Shown here one piece after another: positions 20,859 through 34,110 of a stretch of 64,000 bases of DNA. A program made the translations under genes and the position numbers. The notes beneath the pieces were generated by a model. That model searched no databases, was not told the origin of the DNA, and was given only the letters and a program-made list of their open reading frames with translations. Source of the DNA: Acanthaster planci (taxonomy: Eukaryota); assembly GCF_001949145.1 (NCBI RefSeq), contig NW_019091358.1, positions 3,568,569 through 3,632,568 on the forward strand. Reading direction: 5' to 3'. How positions within the stretch are numbered: the first letter of the stretch is position 1; each line of letters opens with the position of its first letter.

Positions 20859-23800
20859 GTGAGTACTGTAAATTCAGAAGTAGAGCGAGTTAATGAAAAA
20901 CTATGCGTTTGTGTGCCTACACCCATAAAGTCAAACAATTCGGAGGTGCACTTTTGGGTACAAGGTTTACGCCAATCATGCCACCATCACGCAAACATCT
21001 GAACCATGGAGATAGGGTTCACCTCTAAACAGAAACACTTTCCTCAAGTTCAAATTTGGGCAGGTTTGGTGTTTACCCTTTCTTTTTAGATTTTGACACG
21101 GAGATAAAAGTGCATTTTGTTTAAGTAAAAATAAGGTCTACCATGGTTTGCAGTTGGCATTATCACTGATATATCGCCGTGAGGCTCTTTAAAAATATAA
21201 TTTAGCAAGAAAATCGAATATAAATCAAAAATTTGAGAAACTTGAACCTAGTACCATTGCAAACTTCTTATTCTTTTCAGACACAGTTGTACAAAATTCT
21301 AGTTGCAGAGGACTTGACTAAATGTCTCGTCACAACAACATTTGCAACTTTGGTATTTTGTTTCACAGCTGTTGTCACAGTCACCACAATCACTCTCATT
21401 ACCCGACCTTCACCGGATTTTCACCACGATCCACCAATTTTCCCCCTTTCTCTTTTCATTGCCCTAGCAAAATACAGTTCACAATGCTTATTGACAGGGG
21501 ATTCCGTCAAAATGAGCCTAATCAGTCGCCATTTCGCTGTGTTAGAAATGGGTGTCCGTAATTCGAACAGATTAGGGTGTGAGACTGTGAGTGAAAGGGA
21601 ACATCCAACTTTACAGACCAAAATTGAAAATACATCAACTGGTGCAGTAGCATGAATCACAGTGTACACTTTCAAAGATCGAAAAGCTTTTTTTTATTTT
21701 CCCCCAACGGTTCATGTATTCTATAACTGACTGGTCACTTATTCTGAATAAAAAAAAATCACCATCGAATAACAAACACTTTGACAACCCAGTAACTTTG
21801 ACAACTACCTCGATTAATCGCAAAAGGAAATCTTAGCGGACTTTACAACCTGTAGTAACTGGTAGAAAAGGGCCAGCTTACTGGTACGTGAGCCGACCCA
21901 CTTAGTGACGCAGGCTTAAATTCAATCAAATGCATTGAAGACTTCAAACAAATTTAAGTCCATTCATAAGAGCGTACGATAGAAGTGTGTCTTTCAAATA
22001 GCTCAGAGGATTCCTCGAATATTACCAATCGAGAATACGTTGCGCGATTTTTGGTCGAGACTTGATTGAGCAAAAGCAAGCCGTTTGCGTCAGCGTTAAC
22101 TGGGTCCGGGGCATCGAAGGTAAAAAGTTCGTGCAGGCCTGGTGGACGTAACCTTGCCGCTTCGCGTTCGCGCAACTCTGTCGGCTCCGGATTAATCTCC
22201 CAGTCACATCTCTGCCGAAATTTTTAGCTGGGCTCTGTCGGCACGGAAATGATTAAATGCCGTCTGGTCTAATTCACGCAGGGACATGAAATGTTAATCG
22301 GTGTGGTCAAAATTAATGCACAGACGATAGAACTTCGCAGAAACAACAAAACGGGGACAGTTTATTTAGATTGTCACAGATGCCCTGAAAGTCATCTCGG
22401 AAAGGTATTCTCGGTATATGCCAAATTTTGTGTCACCTTTCTGATACTGACGTACGCTGTTTCACAAATGTTACGAAGTGATTGAAGTTTGACGCACATT
22501 CGTTTGGCAGCGAATAAAACTCGAATTTATTTCGTTATTATTTTAAGCTCGTAACCACTATTCTCAGTCGTGTTTGCGAAAAACGTCAAGGCACGGTAGT
22601 TTTTGGTAGGACTAGTTGTACGAGAGATCTTAAGCACTTTTAGAAGGCTGCATCATAGATATTACTGCTTGGTTTTAATCCTCGTTCAGTTATTTTGCAC
22701 GTCAGGGTCTGACTTTGACGTGGAAAATTCACTAAGGCATCGCGAGTCACTCTAAGTAGGTTACTAATAGCTGCATACTGTTCTCGGAAAACAAAATGAC
22801 ATGTAGACAATTCGTGTCTTAATGATGATGGATTGGCAGGCGGCAAAGTACATCGGTCAATATACAGGCTGGTATGTTAGGAACCCAAAGGGATGCACAG
22901 ATTGTCTGTATCGGAATGTAGCCCGGATAAACTGAGCGCATTACATCCCCGTATCTAGGAGAATTGTGATAAAGAATTAATGCCTTGTACAGACCCCCCC
23001 CCCGCCATCACCTACAAGCTTATGTTGGTAGGGTTTGGAGCAATGGAAAAAAGATGACAGCTTAAGGGATAGTAAATCGAATACACCACTTCAAAGTTAA
23101 ATGTTCCAATGCTTTTGAACCTAAGAATGACAAACCATATGAGATTTCAAGAGGGCATTTTTCGTTGTATGAGCATGTGCTAGTCCATCCACAAGTCCTT
23201 AAGCCTTCAGGAAGGCTTTGTTGGTTCCAGTTATCGTGGCATCAACAGCAAGAAAGATGTAACCGATTTTTGTTCCCACTTTAATTTGCACAATCCGGCA
23301 CCGTTGAGATGATGGGGTATACAGGTTAAGGTCCCTCATACCGCGTAACGTTGCCAGAGACAGGCGCAATACCGGCAACCGTCTCCTTCACAAAGGCTGG
23401 CTCTGAGAGCAGAGACTCATGTTTTATGATTCCATGTTGCAAGAGGCACTTTTTCTTCCCACAATACGCTCAGTCATTCATTGAACGATACTGCATCCCA
23501 CAGTGCGACAATTTGGTGGGGGGGGCGCCAGGACAGAGGACACATTCATCAAGTATAAGTTATGTTTCAAACCATCGATAAAAAGTATGATACGAGTTGA
23601 CATGTTGTTCTCTGCGATTTCCGAGGTTTACCGTATCCCAAGGACAGCCAATTTAATTCAGGGCCTTATCTGGAAGGCTCGACCCCTGTTATTTCCCACT
23701 TCCAAGACTGGCATCCCAAATCCTTCATCGTGTCTATAAAAATGGGGAGTATCATGATCAAACCACATTTTTCGGTCTCCCGTTTTATCAGACCTCAAAT

Positions 23801-26203
23801 AGAATCATACAGGAACCGTCATGATGTCAGCAGTTAGTGATGTCCCTCTTGCGCTCCAGACTTAAACGTGTACACCCTCCTTCCTGTGACAGTCCTTGAG
23901 ACGAACAAATGGGTTCTGACAGATGACATGGGAGGGTCAGGCACACCCAGCAGAAGGGGAGGGGGTACGATCTAGGACAGCGAAGCCACAGTACGGATAC
24001 TTTTTATATTTGTTCTGATTGCTGCATCAGTTCTACAGTCGATCTCACTTCTGAAGTTTGTTGCGTGCTGTAGGCACGGTCTGGAGCGAGCTACTTTTGT
24101 CCCCCCCCCAAATTGATTTAAAGTAGGCCTAGTCATTGCAAAAATATGTGAAAATCCATCAATAGACCAGGTTGTGTCAAATCGATTTGACAGTGGATTC
24201 ATTGCATTTTAAATAAATGAAATTCAGTTTTTATTTCGATATTATGAAATAGGCCTATACTGCAATAGTCATGCTGCAGTTTGGTGCGTGACGTGTACAG
24301 AAAATTTTTAGGGGCCTGAAGTCATGTGTGCCTGTAGATATGCGCCTAAATACGGTCAGTGCATTGCGATTCTGCTCATAGGCACAAGGTAGTTCTCTTT
24401 ACAGCTGTGATGTTAAAACCTTTGTGAATAGGACAACCATTGACCCCTTACCTGAACCGGTCATGTGTTTTCATCCTTTCCCTCCGAAAAAGTTCTCTGT
24501 AGCGCACAGTAATCTCAAATCAGCCAAAATAATACCCTAGGGTGTCCGGAGCATGGTCCTTCGTGAGCCCTTTGTGATCACATTGACTTACGGGTCATTA
24601 ACAACATGGGATAGAGCTAAGACGTTTTGGTCAAGTAGTATAGGCTCTAAGCATGCTGAAATTCAGCGGTTGTCGAGATCCAATAAGACACTTCCCATAT
24701 TCAGCCGATGCAACATTCCCTCTTTGTCCGGTTGCCGCGGCCGACCTTGTTGAAACTTTGTAGATGGCCCGCTTGATATAATGGAATTATCTGAGCGCCT
24801 TAATCCTTGTTATGCTTGTAGGGTATGGAGCTGTGCAGTAGAGGTCCTTAATCTAGCAAGGGTTGAGTTTTCCATCCACCCTTACCCCTATCTATGGAGA
24901 AAAAAAAAAGTGATACCAATTTATAAAATAATTAACTTGCAAAAGCCACCGAGGTATAGAAGCCCCCAGCTCCGTTCGCGGACCTGTATTAGGAAAATAA
25001 TTTGACCCCTCGAGCTGGGACCGTTCAACGCTTGAGAAGAATCAGAAAGTCAACTGCGTCCGTTCACAAGATGGCCGATAATCCCCTGGCATCTCGGTGG
25101 AACAATACAGCCCCGGGCTGACATTGTTTCTGGGTTGCCTGAGAATTTTCACGCCGACAATACCTTCCGTTGAAAGTGAACCGACGGAGTGCGCCGAGAC
25201 AGTCAGGCGCCGGAAAAAAAGCACAGAATTTCCCTACCTTTAAAGGCCATATCGATCACCCTTTCCTTGGTGAATGGTTACCGATTAAAACAAATTACGA
25301 ATGACGTAATATCGCCTCGTTTGTACAACGGAAAACAATTTTTTTTGACTTGTACTGTGGTGTGAAATCGGGAAAATTATCCTGGTTCTAAGGCAATACT
25401 GTTCATTTATTCGTGAAATGGTCTCGAAAAGGAGCTAACGTACGAAGTCAATTTGTTTTGAAATCTATTTTCACCCGTGTACTTTTTATTTACCGACTTT
25501 TATAAAACCATTTACTGCTTGTCTTCCTGTCATTTTTTTGGGGGGGGGGACCCTGGAGGAAGGTGTATCCGTTTGTTTCATCTTTCGTGAATAGAAACCA
25601 ACTGATCATGCATACATTGGGAACAAACGCCGATTCTGTAATACCATAAAGTTCAGATCTTTGGTCCAACTAAGGTATGAACAAAGACTTCTGGAGTGGT
25701 CAGTTAAATTTGTTCACACAGAGTTTGTTAGCCAAGGTGATTGTGAAGCCCGCAAAATGCAATTGTGAACATTGCACGTTAAGGGAAGTCTCCCGGACGT
25801 ACGTAACACTGAACAGCTTGGCGTCCTCGACTTACAATGAGGTTACCGAATTTATTACGGAGAGACAAGACTCAGTGGCCGGGCAAGACGGCTTGTTTGT
25901 GATTTAACAGAGGATTGAAGGCTGAAATAAGCAAGGAAAACATTGCTTCAATGACATACACCAACATTGTCAAGCGATTGGCAAACTGTTTTAAAGTTGT
26001 TTGGCGTTCTGGGAAGTTGATGTCTCTGTCAGCGTATGCACCATTCTTATCTTTAAAATCACTTTAAAAACGGGTTTGTGAGCAATCTAGCTATTATGTC
26101 CAGATGCGATGCTGTGGCTACATTGTATGAGAAACAAACGCAACACGGTTGTACCGTTTCTCCTTCAAGATATTGTGGGATACGGTCAGTCCCTCTTCTT
26201 CCC

Positions 26204-26649
26204 TTAAAGAGCACCTCTAAGTAAAACGTGTTTTCTCTGATTTATCTGTTCAAATAAATATGGAAGCATCCAAATCGACCACAGTCTCATTTGTCTTCAA
26301 GGCTCAAGTATAAGAAGCTTAAAGAGCTTTTCTTCTGTTCATGCCAAGATGCGAATTCTGAATGTAGATAGCGTCATTCAGGGAAAACGGAGAAAATGAG
26401 GGGAACCCTCGCCCTGCTTTCGTAGTTGATAAACCGCCGTTTATGCTAACGGCTACATGCATTGTTTGGAATGACGCAATATACATTCAGAATTCGCATC
26501 TTGGCATGAACAGAAGAAAACGCCCGGTTTAGCTTGCTGTATAGTTGACCTCTGAAGACAAATGACACTACGTTCGATTTGGATGCTTCCATATCTATTT
26601 GAACAGATAAAATCGGAGAAAACATGGTTTCCTTTGAGGTGCTCTTTAA
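26204..26649. mobile_element. Kolobok-like MITE with ~170-bp TIRs and TTAA flanks
   Basis: ttaa-agagcacctc ... gaggtgctct-ttaa. Arms 26208-~26379 and ~26469-26645 are inverted copies (e.g. ttcttctgttcatgccaagatgcgaattctgaatgta). Confidence 0.85.
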
Positions 26650-28973
26650 CCCTAAAGAGCCGGATGAGCGGAATCCACCCACCCCCTCAACCTTTTTTTC
26701 CCAAGACCGCCGTAGTGCATTTTTTTTTTCAGGAGTGGAGCCTTTAGGAGTTTTAGGGTAACTCTTTGCAGTCATTGTGATACCAGTTTTGTGAAAATCG
26801 GACATATCGTTCTTGCGCAGCGCGCGTTTTTCCGAGAAGGGTCAGCTAAAACTTTTTTCCACTCTGGCGCTCAATGCACGCGGGCTGGCACGCATGTAGC
26901 TTTGGACTTCAAATGACCATAACAAAACTGTTTGAGTTCAATCTTTACGTTTGTAATGAAAAGGAGTGTCTTTAACATGCATGGCGTTTTAAACAAAATT
27001 GGGCTAAGCACAGCCGAGTTCCTTGGGGGCAGAATCCCCCTGGCTGTGAGAAGGGCCAAATAACCTGTCTCTTTAAGGGTTTTAAGACAGCCATGCTGTT
27101 TTAAGTGCGGAGTGATCAAACTATACACTCCATGAGAATGATGAAATATACAGTTGGATGTGAGAGAGACGGCGACATAGCGTGAAACGACTAGATTTAT
27201 TACTGACTTTGATCGCGTCTTGTAGTGTTTCACTTGGAGGCGCTGTAGTTATATGCCGTCCTATCGGAAGTTACTTGATCATGTTAACGAACTTCTTGAT
27301 CCTAGTTCCGTACCTCAACTCTGCACTCTCAGTGGAAACCGAACTGTTTAGGTCAGAAGGACTTTGTTAGAATCGAGAAATATCGTTTCCGATGTCCACA
27401 AACCTCTTCCTTTGCTTACAAAATGATGCCCTAACATCCACTCATAACTTCTCATTTGGGGTACATGTCATCAAGCTTACAAACAGAGAAGTGACTTATT
27501 CGCTTGCCCGATCGTAAATCCATACGACAGTGTCATTCTAGTTGTCAGTTCCATCTAAATATTGGACCCAGTTTTCATGACTGCCCCATTACTGTTGCGA
27601 AATTACATGCCGAACCCTCTCCTATAAAAACGCCGACCGGGCCGTGTCGAGTCGCGGACCGCCGCTTCCCCTCTTGGCTCGGCTGGGGACATTGGCCTCG
27701 ACTCCTACACAAAATAAGACACGGACCCTTCCCTCGATCACATAATTTACGATGGTTGTGCCACAGATATTTGGCTTGTTTTGATGCTAGTTTATCGACC
27801 GTTTTCACGGTCATGGCACTATACTATGATTTATTTTTCGAACTGAAATACGTGGCCAATCCTTGTAGTCGGTCTGCCTGATGTGCCCTATCTCGCTGTA
27901 CCAATTTTGGTACATATTTGCCCGCGCAACTCACGTCCCCCTCACGTGAGAAGCCTGACTTTCTTCAGTATTCTTAAAAAAAATTACTCAAGATTCACAA
28001 CACAAATCTTGTCCAGCTTAAGCAGGGTTAGGTAATAGTTTTCAATCGAGGCAAAAGAGCCAATGCTGTATCCCTGCGATTTGGTTCGGATCAGGATATT
28101 TACTCATGCAGGTCCCAAGGTCTGCCATGAAGGTATTTATTGCAAATCACGTTTGGAAAAATCGTTGCATAAGGGGGGCTATTAGACGGGTGTGTTGCTG
28201 CTAATTTTTGCGAAACCATAAAACAATTTGTAAATACGTCAACATCCAACAATAATTTACGGTCTTCTTGTCTGTGCCGGCCACAGACGTGCTGTGGGAG
28301 TCAGATGCAAATGTCACGTTCCTAGAAGATGTTTGGTGCCTCTCGGTATAAACTGTTTTCTGAGATGGAACAGAAGCGGTTGTGGATTGAAGCTTGGAAC
28401 CTTAACATTTCAAAAGGCTATCTGTCGGGGAAGACGAAAACCTGTTCAACTAACAGGCCTATATCAGCACCAAAGACAAATTTGCTGATCGCAGGTGAAA
28501 AGGACGAATAAAAAGCCCTGTAGTGGCATCAAGTATAAATTTTCAAAAAGTGGAGTATATTTTTTCGAAGTCCGTTTTTAGAAGATATAATTTGTCTAAA
28601 GTTCGTTTGTTCGAAGTATATGCTTCTAACAGGTATTTTGTTTAACACTGGATGTTGATAACGTCAAACGAGGAATTAATAACTTCACACTACCCACCTT
28701 AGGAATGTGTGGTGAAGAGACCCCGCCAACTATAAAGACTTTCATTGTTACACCCAGCTAGTCAAAGGCCAGGCTACTGGACCACCACCACATCCTTGGA
28801 TTCACATTCCTGTAATCTCATTGTTCAGGATTATATACCATTAAAATATTTTCTCCTATAGGGCAATTTCGTTGAGAAGTAGAAGTTGGTCGAGCTATTA
28901 TTCATAAGCTACAGTGGTTTAAAACAAAAACAAAACAAAAGTGGAAACACATGGAAAAGATAGTAGTTGTGGC

Positions 28974-31454
28974 TATGGAGCGTCGAAAGTGGACAATCCC
29001 ATTTTATCATTTTCTGCTGTTAGATTTTTTTGATTTTGGACTAAAGCCTAAAGCATTAAAAAAACGCAATTTTCCTCTGGGAGAAATTTGGATTTTACTT
29101 TAACAACTCTCGTGCATGGCGTGTCAAATGTGAACAACTAAAAACTTCAAATCCCACTGACAAAATTAAATTACTGTCATGCTCCATAAGTGGACAACCC
29201 CATTTTCTCATTTTCTGCTAGTAGATTTTCGGGTTTGGGAAATATGTGTAAACCAATTTCAAAAACTCAATTTTCTGCTAACAAAAAATGGGATTTTACT
29301 TTAAGTCTTCGTAGCGCGTCAAAAGTAGACGGCTAAAAACTTCAAATTTCCACTGGCAAATATTATTTGATGATGATACTTTCCCATTCAGTCACACTTC
29401 GTCTCTGGTGACTTGCAATAACTCCTGGTTGCAGTATGTGAAATCTGGCCTTTTTTGTCCGAGAGTTGGATTATGAGCGGACATAAGAACATGACCAATT
29501 ATTTGGTTTATTTGTCGGTTGACTGGTGGTGCAAGTAGAGGACTGTTTTTCAAATCCTCTCGATAGCAAAAGAGGACAACCCTATTTTCGTATTTTCTGT
29601 CGGTAGATTTTATTTTATTTATTTTAATTTTTTTTTTGAAGTTGCACTATCCCTTTTCATGAAACCCAATTTTCTGCTAGCAGAAATTTTGATTTTACTT
29701 TGACGACGGCGGGGTGGTCCAAAAGTGGACAAGTTGAAAACTGAAACGACCATGGCGCTCGTGCGCTCTGAGTGAACGGTCTTGGGAAGATGGGCAGCCA
29801 ACGGTAGAGGGTCAATGGTCTGACAAATGGCGTCACAGCTCGGAAAAACAAAAAATGTGGACGATTCCTATCGAGAGACTCATAGAGCAAATAGTACCGC
29901 CGCCGAAAGCCTGATATGAGGCTAAACGATGCTAGCTGTATAATGAACCATTTTGTCTATGTCCAGTAGTATAATTCAGTTTGTTGTGGAACGGAAAAAG
30001 GTTCGATGTGAAAAAGCCATGTTAAGAGAAGAAGCTAAGTGCTGTTTAATCAAGTGAACCAAGAGTTTCCAAAGGGGGAAAATAGAGAAAGTAAAAATAG
30101 TAAACATTAAAACGCAAGTTGAACTTGCTGAATTAATTGTGACACCCCACAGATTCCCAAACACGTATTCAGACAATATTTCCAATCACAAAAAAAGGAT
30201 AGCCAGGGCAAAAATAAATCTTTCAGCCAGTACACCAGTTGGTCACTGATATGACATCAAAAATTTAATTTAATATTTGTCATTGAAATCTTTGTTCAAG
30301 TCATCAACACAAGTGAGCAGTTATAGTGGAGGCCTGGGTCATTAATATGAAGACAAATGATTCAAAGTGACAATGATTGAGATATTAACGCAATGAAAAT
30401 GCAAACTTGCAAGTGACGGCCCAGACCAGTCATCAGATGCATGTACTGTGAAATGATGGATAGTGGATTATATAGTAAATCTTATATCTGAATTTAAAAG
30501 TTGGTTTTTCACTTTTGGCACTCCGAGTAACTTCCACCACAATCAGTTCACAGTTTTCGTCAATATTGGACACATTATTTGCTATATTTTCCTTTAGAAT
30601 AATACTCCCCTCTATACATCCCATAATATCCACATCCTCGACTTGAAAAAGGCCAGTTCTTTTTCACAAAAGCGGCTAAATGGAAATACAAGTTGCATGA
30701 AAACGGCCAATCACAGCAAGGGAACTTCCAAATGACGCCTGATGCCGGTCAACGGACGGCGGGTCAATAAAATGGGCTGGCTCCGCAAGTTTGCAGTACT
30801 ACAAAGAACCGTCATTCTAGTAGCCGCTTTGCAACACTTCAATCTTTGCAATCTTCTTGAGACCGTTCCATTTCAACGTATAGGGAGAAAACTTTCCTTT
30901 CAATTTTCAGCATGTCCACTTTTGGACCAGCCCGCCGTCGTCAAAGTAAAATCCAGATTTCTGCTAGCAAAAAAAATCGACTTTTTTCTTTTTTAAAAGA
31001 GATGGTGCAACTTAAAAACCCTAAAATCTATAGGCCGAAAATGAGAAAGTGGGGTTGCCCTCTTTGGGAGCATCAAATAAGATTTGCTAGAGGAAATTTG
31101 AAGTTTTTAGCTGTCTACTTTTGACGCGCTACGAAGACTTCTTGAAGCAAAATCCAAATTTTTACTAGCAGAAAAGTGAGTTTTTGAAAATGCTTTACGC
31201 AAATCCCCGAAAGCCGAAAATCTGCTTGCAGAAAATGAGAACATGGGGTTGTCCACTTTTGGAGATTGACAGTAATTTCGCCAGTGGTAATTTCAAGTTT
31301 TTAGTTGTCTACCTTTGAGACATGTTAAAGTAAAATCCAAATTTCTCTTAGCGGAAAGTTGCATTTTTAAAAATGCTTTAAGCACAGTCCCAAATCCCGA
31401 AAATCTTCTTGCGGGAAAAGAGAAATTGGGGTTGTCCTCTCTTGACGCTCCATA
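28974..31454. mobile_element. Foldback-type element: long modular inverted arms made of three ~190-bp subrepeats each
   Basis: Left modules at ~28974, ~29180 and ~29565 (ggacaaccccattttctcattttctgct...ggattttacttt...aaaacttcaaat). Reverse complements appear in mirror order at ~30895, ~31085 and ~31285. Ends tatggagcgtc / gacgctccata. Confidence 0.85.
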
Positions 31455-31599
31455 AGTGGCCAACAAGCAATTCTCTTTTGTTGTCAAAACTGTTATAATG
31501 AATTACTAATAATAATGAGTTTGGCAAAAAGCATCACGAAGTTCCACTGTGTGATTTGAATCATCCTTTCAGTCTTGCTCAGGACACTTACAACCAAAC

Positions 31600-31789
31600 C
31601 AGTGGCATTACGGGGGGATGTCCAATCGGAAAGTCTTCCCCTAGTGGAAATCCATGCCCCCCCCCCCCGCCTGGTGTCCCCCTCATTTGAAATTTGCAAT
31701 GTAAAAAAATTATCTGCTCTCAGTGCCCATTGAAAACAAAATGCATCGATGGACGCTCCCTCAAAAATTTCACCTCAGTTATGCTACTG
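31600..31789. mobile_element. Short hAT-like MITE
   Basis: Termini cagtggcattac / gttatgctactg with G- and C-run subterminal tracts. No clear target-site duplication. Confidence 0.6.
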
Positions 31790-31852
31790 GATGCTCTATA
31801 TTAATTGTCACTGTTGTTTTAATTTATAACCTGTTTTTGGTCACCTCTGCAG

Positions 31853-32118
31853 GTCTTTGTCGCTAGTCCAGACAATCCCGCAGGTACAAGGCTTGGGGGA
31901 TTGGCAGTCTCCAGAAACCAAGCGCTACTGCCACGCCCAGAACTGGCTGAGTATGCGGCAGCGCAAGCTGTGCGAACTGCACCCGGACCTCATCCCCAGC
32001 CTGACCGAGGGCATCTTGGCCGGCATCAGCGAGTGCAAGCGCAACTTCCGTGACAGACGCTGGAACTGTCCGGTCAGCAACGTGACAGCCGTGTTTGGGC
32101 CCAGCCGGCTGAAGACGA
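31853..32118 (+). CDS. Wnt: Wnt ligand, coding exon 2 (subfamily uncertain; WntA-like is a tentative guess)
   Basis: Acceptor ctctgcag and donor A|gtaagt (phase 1). Encodes SLSLVQTIPQVQGLGDWQSPETKRYCHAQNWLSMRQRKLCELHPDLIPSLTEGILAGISECKRNFRDRRWNCPVSNVTAVFGPSRLKT, with the Wnt signature C...QRxLC...ECxxxFRxRRWNC...VFG. Confidence 0.96.
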
Positions 32119-34069
32119 GTAAGTGGATGCTGGCACTTCCCAGATCCTTTAAAATCCACTGGAAAATTTTGAATTTTTTTCCCATGAGGATTTATGAATG
32201 TGGAGCCATCCATCATCCAACATGCAGGAGACTGATGCACTTTGAATGTTTAGTTACAAAGACTTATACAGAGAAAAGGCCATTTTTCTCCTTCACGGCA
32301 GTGGATTATGGATAATTTAAGGAAGTTTCAGCAAAAATGAGGTGGTCAATGAATTAAAATTGAAATCATGTGTGGTTATTTGTATCAGTGTTGTGATGTA
32401 GGCACAGTACCTACAAATATTTCTATGTTAACTCTTAATTCAGTACTTTTCTATACACATAATCCTACATCTACTTTTACCCCTTCTAGGGTGGAGTTTT
32501 CTTAACTCTTTATCCTTGACATCTCATAAATGGAAAATAACGTGGCATTAATATGTTTTATCCTCCATATTTGAGTTATTAATGTGTCCTATTTGAATCC
32601 AACCCTAGGCTGTAATTTTGTTTTATTGCCATCAATTCATGATCAGATGGGACTCCGTAAAAAAAAAGAAAATGGGGAGTTACTTTCCACACCCCAAACT
32701 GGAATGTTGACAGAGGTTACTTCATCAGGATCAGGTTCCTACCAATTTAGACATTAAATTGACTCTTCCAAGAATCCAAAACTCTCTGTTTCCCTCAACC
32801 AAATAAATAAAATTCTTTTGCATGGTAAATAATGTGCAGGGGTTATAATAACGCAAAGGTTGTGTCCTGAGAGTTAGATATTTAGTTGCAAGTGCATACC
32901 CCTGTGTAAGTCCTCCATGGGGTTAAATACATGTGTGTCTTTTTGTATCATCCCCAAGTTGAAGCGTTCATCCATCATGTTAGCCACAGGAAGGAAAGGG
33001 AGTTGTGTGGGGTTTTACAGCAGGATGCTAATATGCGATAGCACTTGGCTCCTGTACATGTTTACCTTAAGGAGAAAACCTCATGTAAATATCATCATTC
33101 ACTGACATACAGATGCCCACCTGTACAAAAGGTCCCCCGTCAAGCCTGTTCTGTCAGTGGACGAGGAAGGAAAGGCATCTCATTGTGTCTTCCCCCTTCC
33201 GTCTCCCCCCCCCTTAAGATTCTGATACCATGGGGAGTGGTTGGCGGGGAAGGGGGGTAGTCTCGGGATTGTCCTCCCCCTTGTTTGCCCACTCATGTCG
33301 ATGAGGCCTGCTTTAACCTTAACTGCCTAGGCTGTGTGTAAAATCAAATTGAAATCAGAGGCTTTAACCCTCTTGGGACTAGTTTAAAGGAGGTACATGC
33401 AAGCCACCGACACCAACAATTGCCAGTGTGCAGATTTAAGAGCAAGATTGTGTGAAACGGTGTTCTCTTGAGATCTGTGGCCAAGCATTCAGAATTCGTT
33501 CTCACTGCTCACATCTGACGTTTGTCATCAGCAGTAGTCCAGCTCCAAGGAGTACCACCAAAAGCACCCAAGATTTATTGTTTTCTGTAAATCTTAGTGA
33601 AGAATCTTGAGATGCCAGCCCGTCCTTGTCCACAGTTAATTCATTTACTGGCCCTCAGCTCCTCCCTCTCTGTGGCTTGGAGAAGTGAAATAAATCATGC
33701 CCCCAGCTCCAAAGATCGGCAGTTGACTCTGACTTCCTGGCACTGTACCTGCATAGCTGTGATGCTTGGCATTCTGTACAAACAGCCCAGGTATGTGACA
33801 AGCTGGCTTCCTTGGGAAGCTAATTGTCAGTGATGAATCCGATTTACTTGGATAAATATCACTGTGAATTTTCTTCAGTGTGGGTATTGATGGGCAGGAG
33901 AAATCAGTCCTGTAATTCACTTCAGATAATTCCAGTTTGCGTCCTTTCTTTTGTTGATTTCATGCATGTTTCTTGAAGCAGTAACTCACGCTGATTCAAG
34001 AAACAAGCCAAAAGTTTCTTGGTTGACCACAGATAACAATCTTAACTTGTTGCTATTACAGTGAACACT

Positions 34070-34110
34070 CCTTCAAAATCCACCAGGCCCTTCAAAATCC
34101 ACCAGGCCCT
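34070..34110. repeat. 19-bp direct tandem duplication
   Basis: ccttcaaaatccaccaggc x2. Confidence 0.9.

Noticed and set aside
21671..27215. Scattered TCF/LEF-like words (TTCAAAG, CTTTGAT) suggesting Wnt autoregulation
   Set aside because: Not clustered beyond what chance would give in AT-rich DNA.
28974..29745. Repeat-spacer-like periodicity (CRISPR-like)
   Set aside because: Units are ~190-bp diverged modules without unique spacers, in animal DNA; explained by the foldback arms.
32119..32315. C-terminal part of ORF 31857-32315 (SKWMLALPR...)
   Set aside because: Read-through into the intron past the GTAAGT donor; Wnt similarity ends there.
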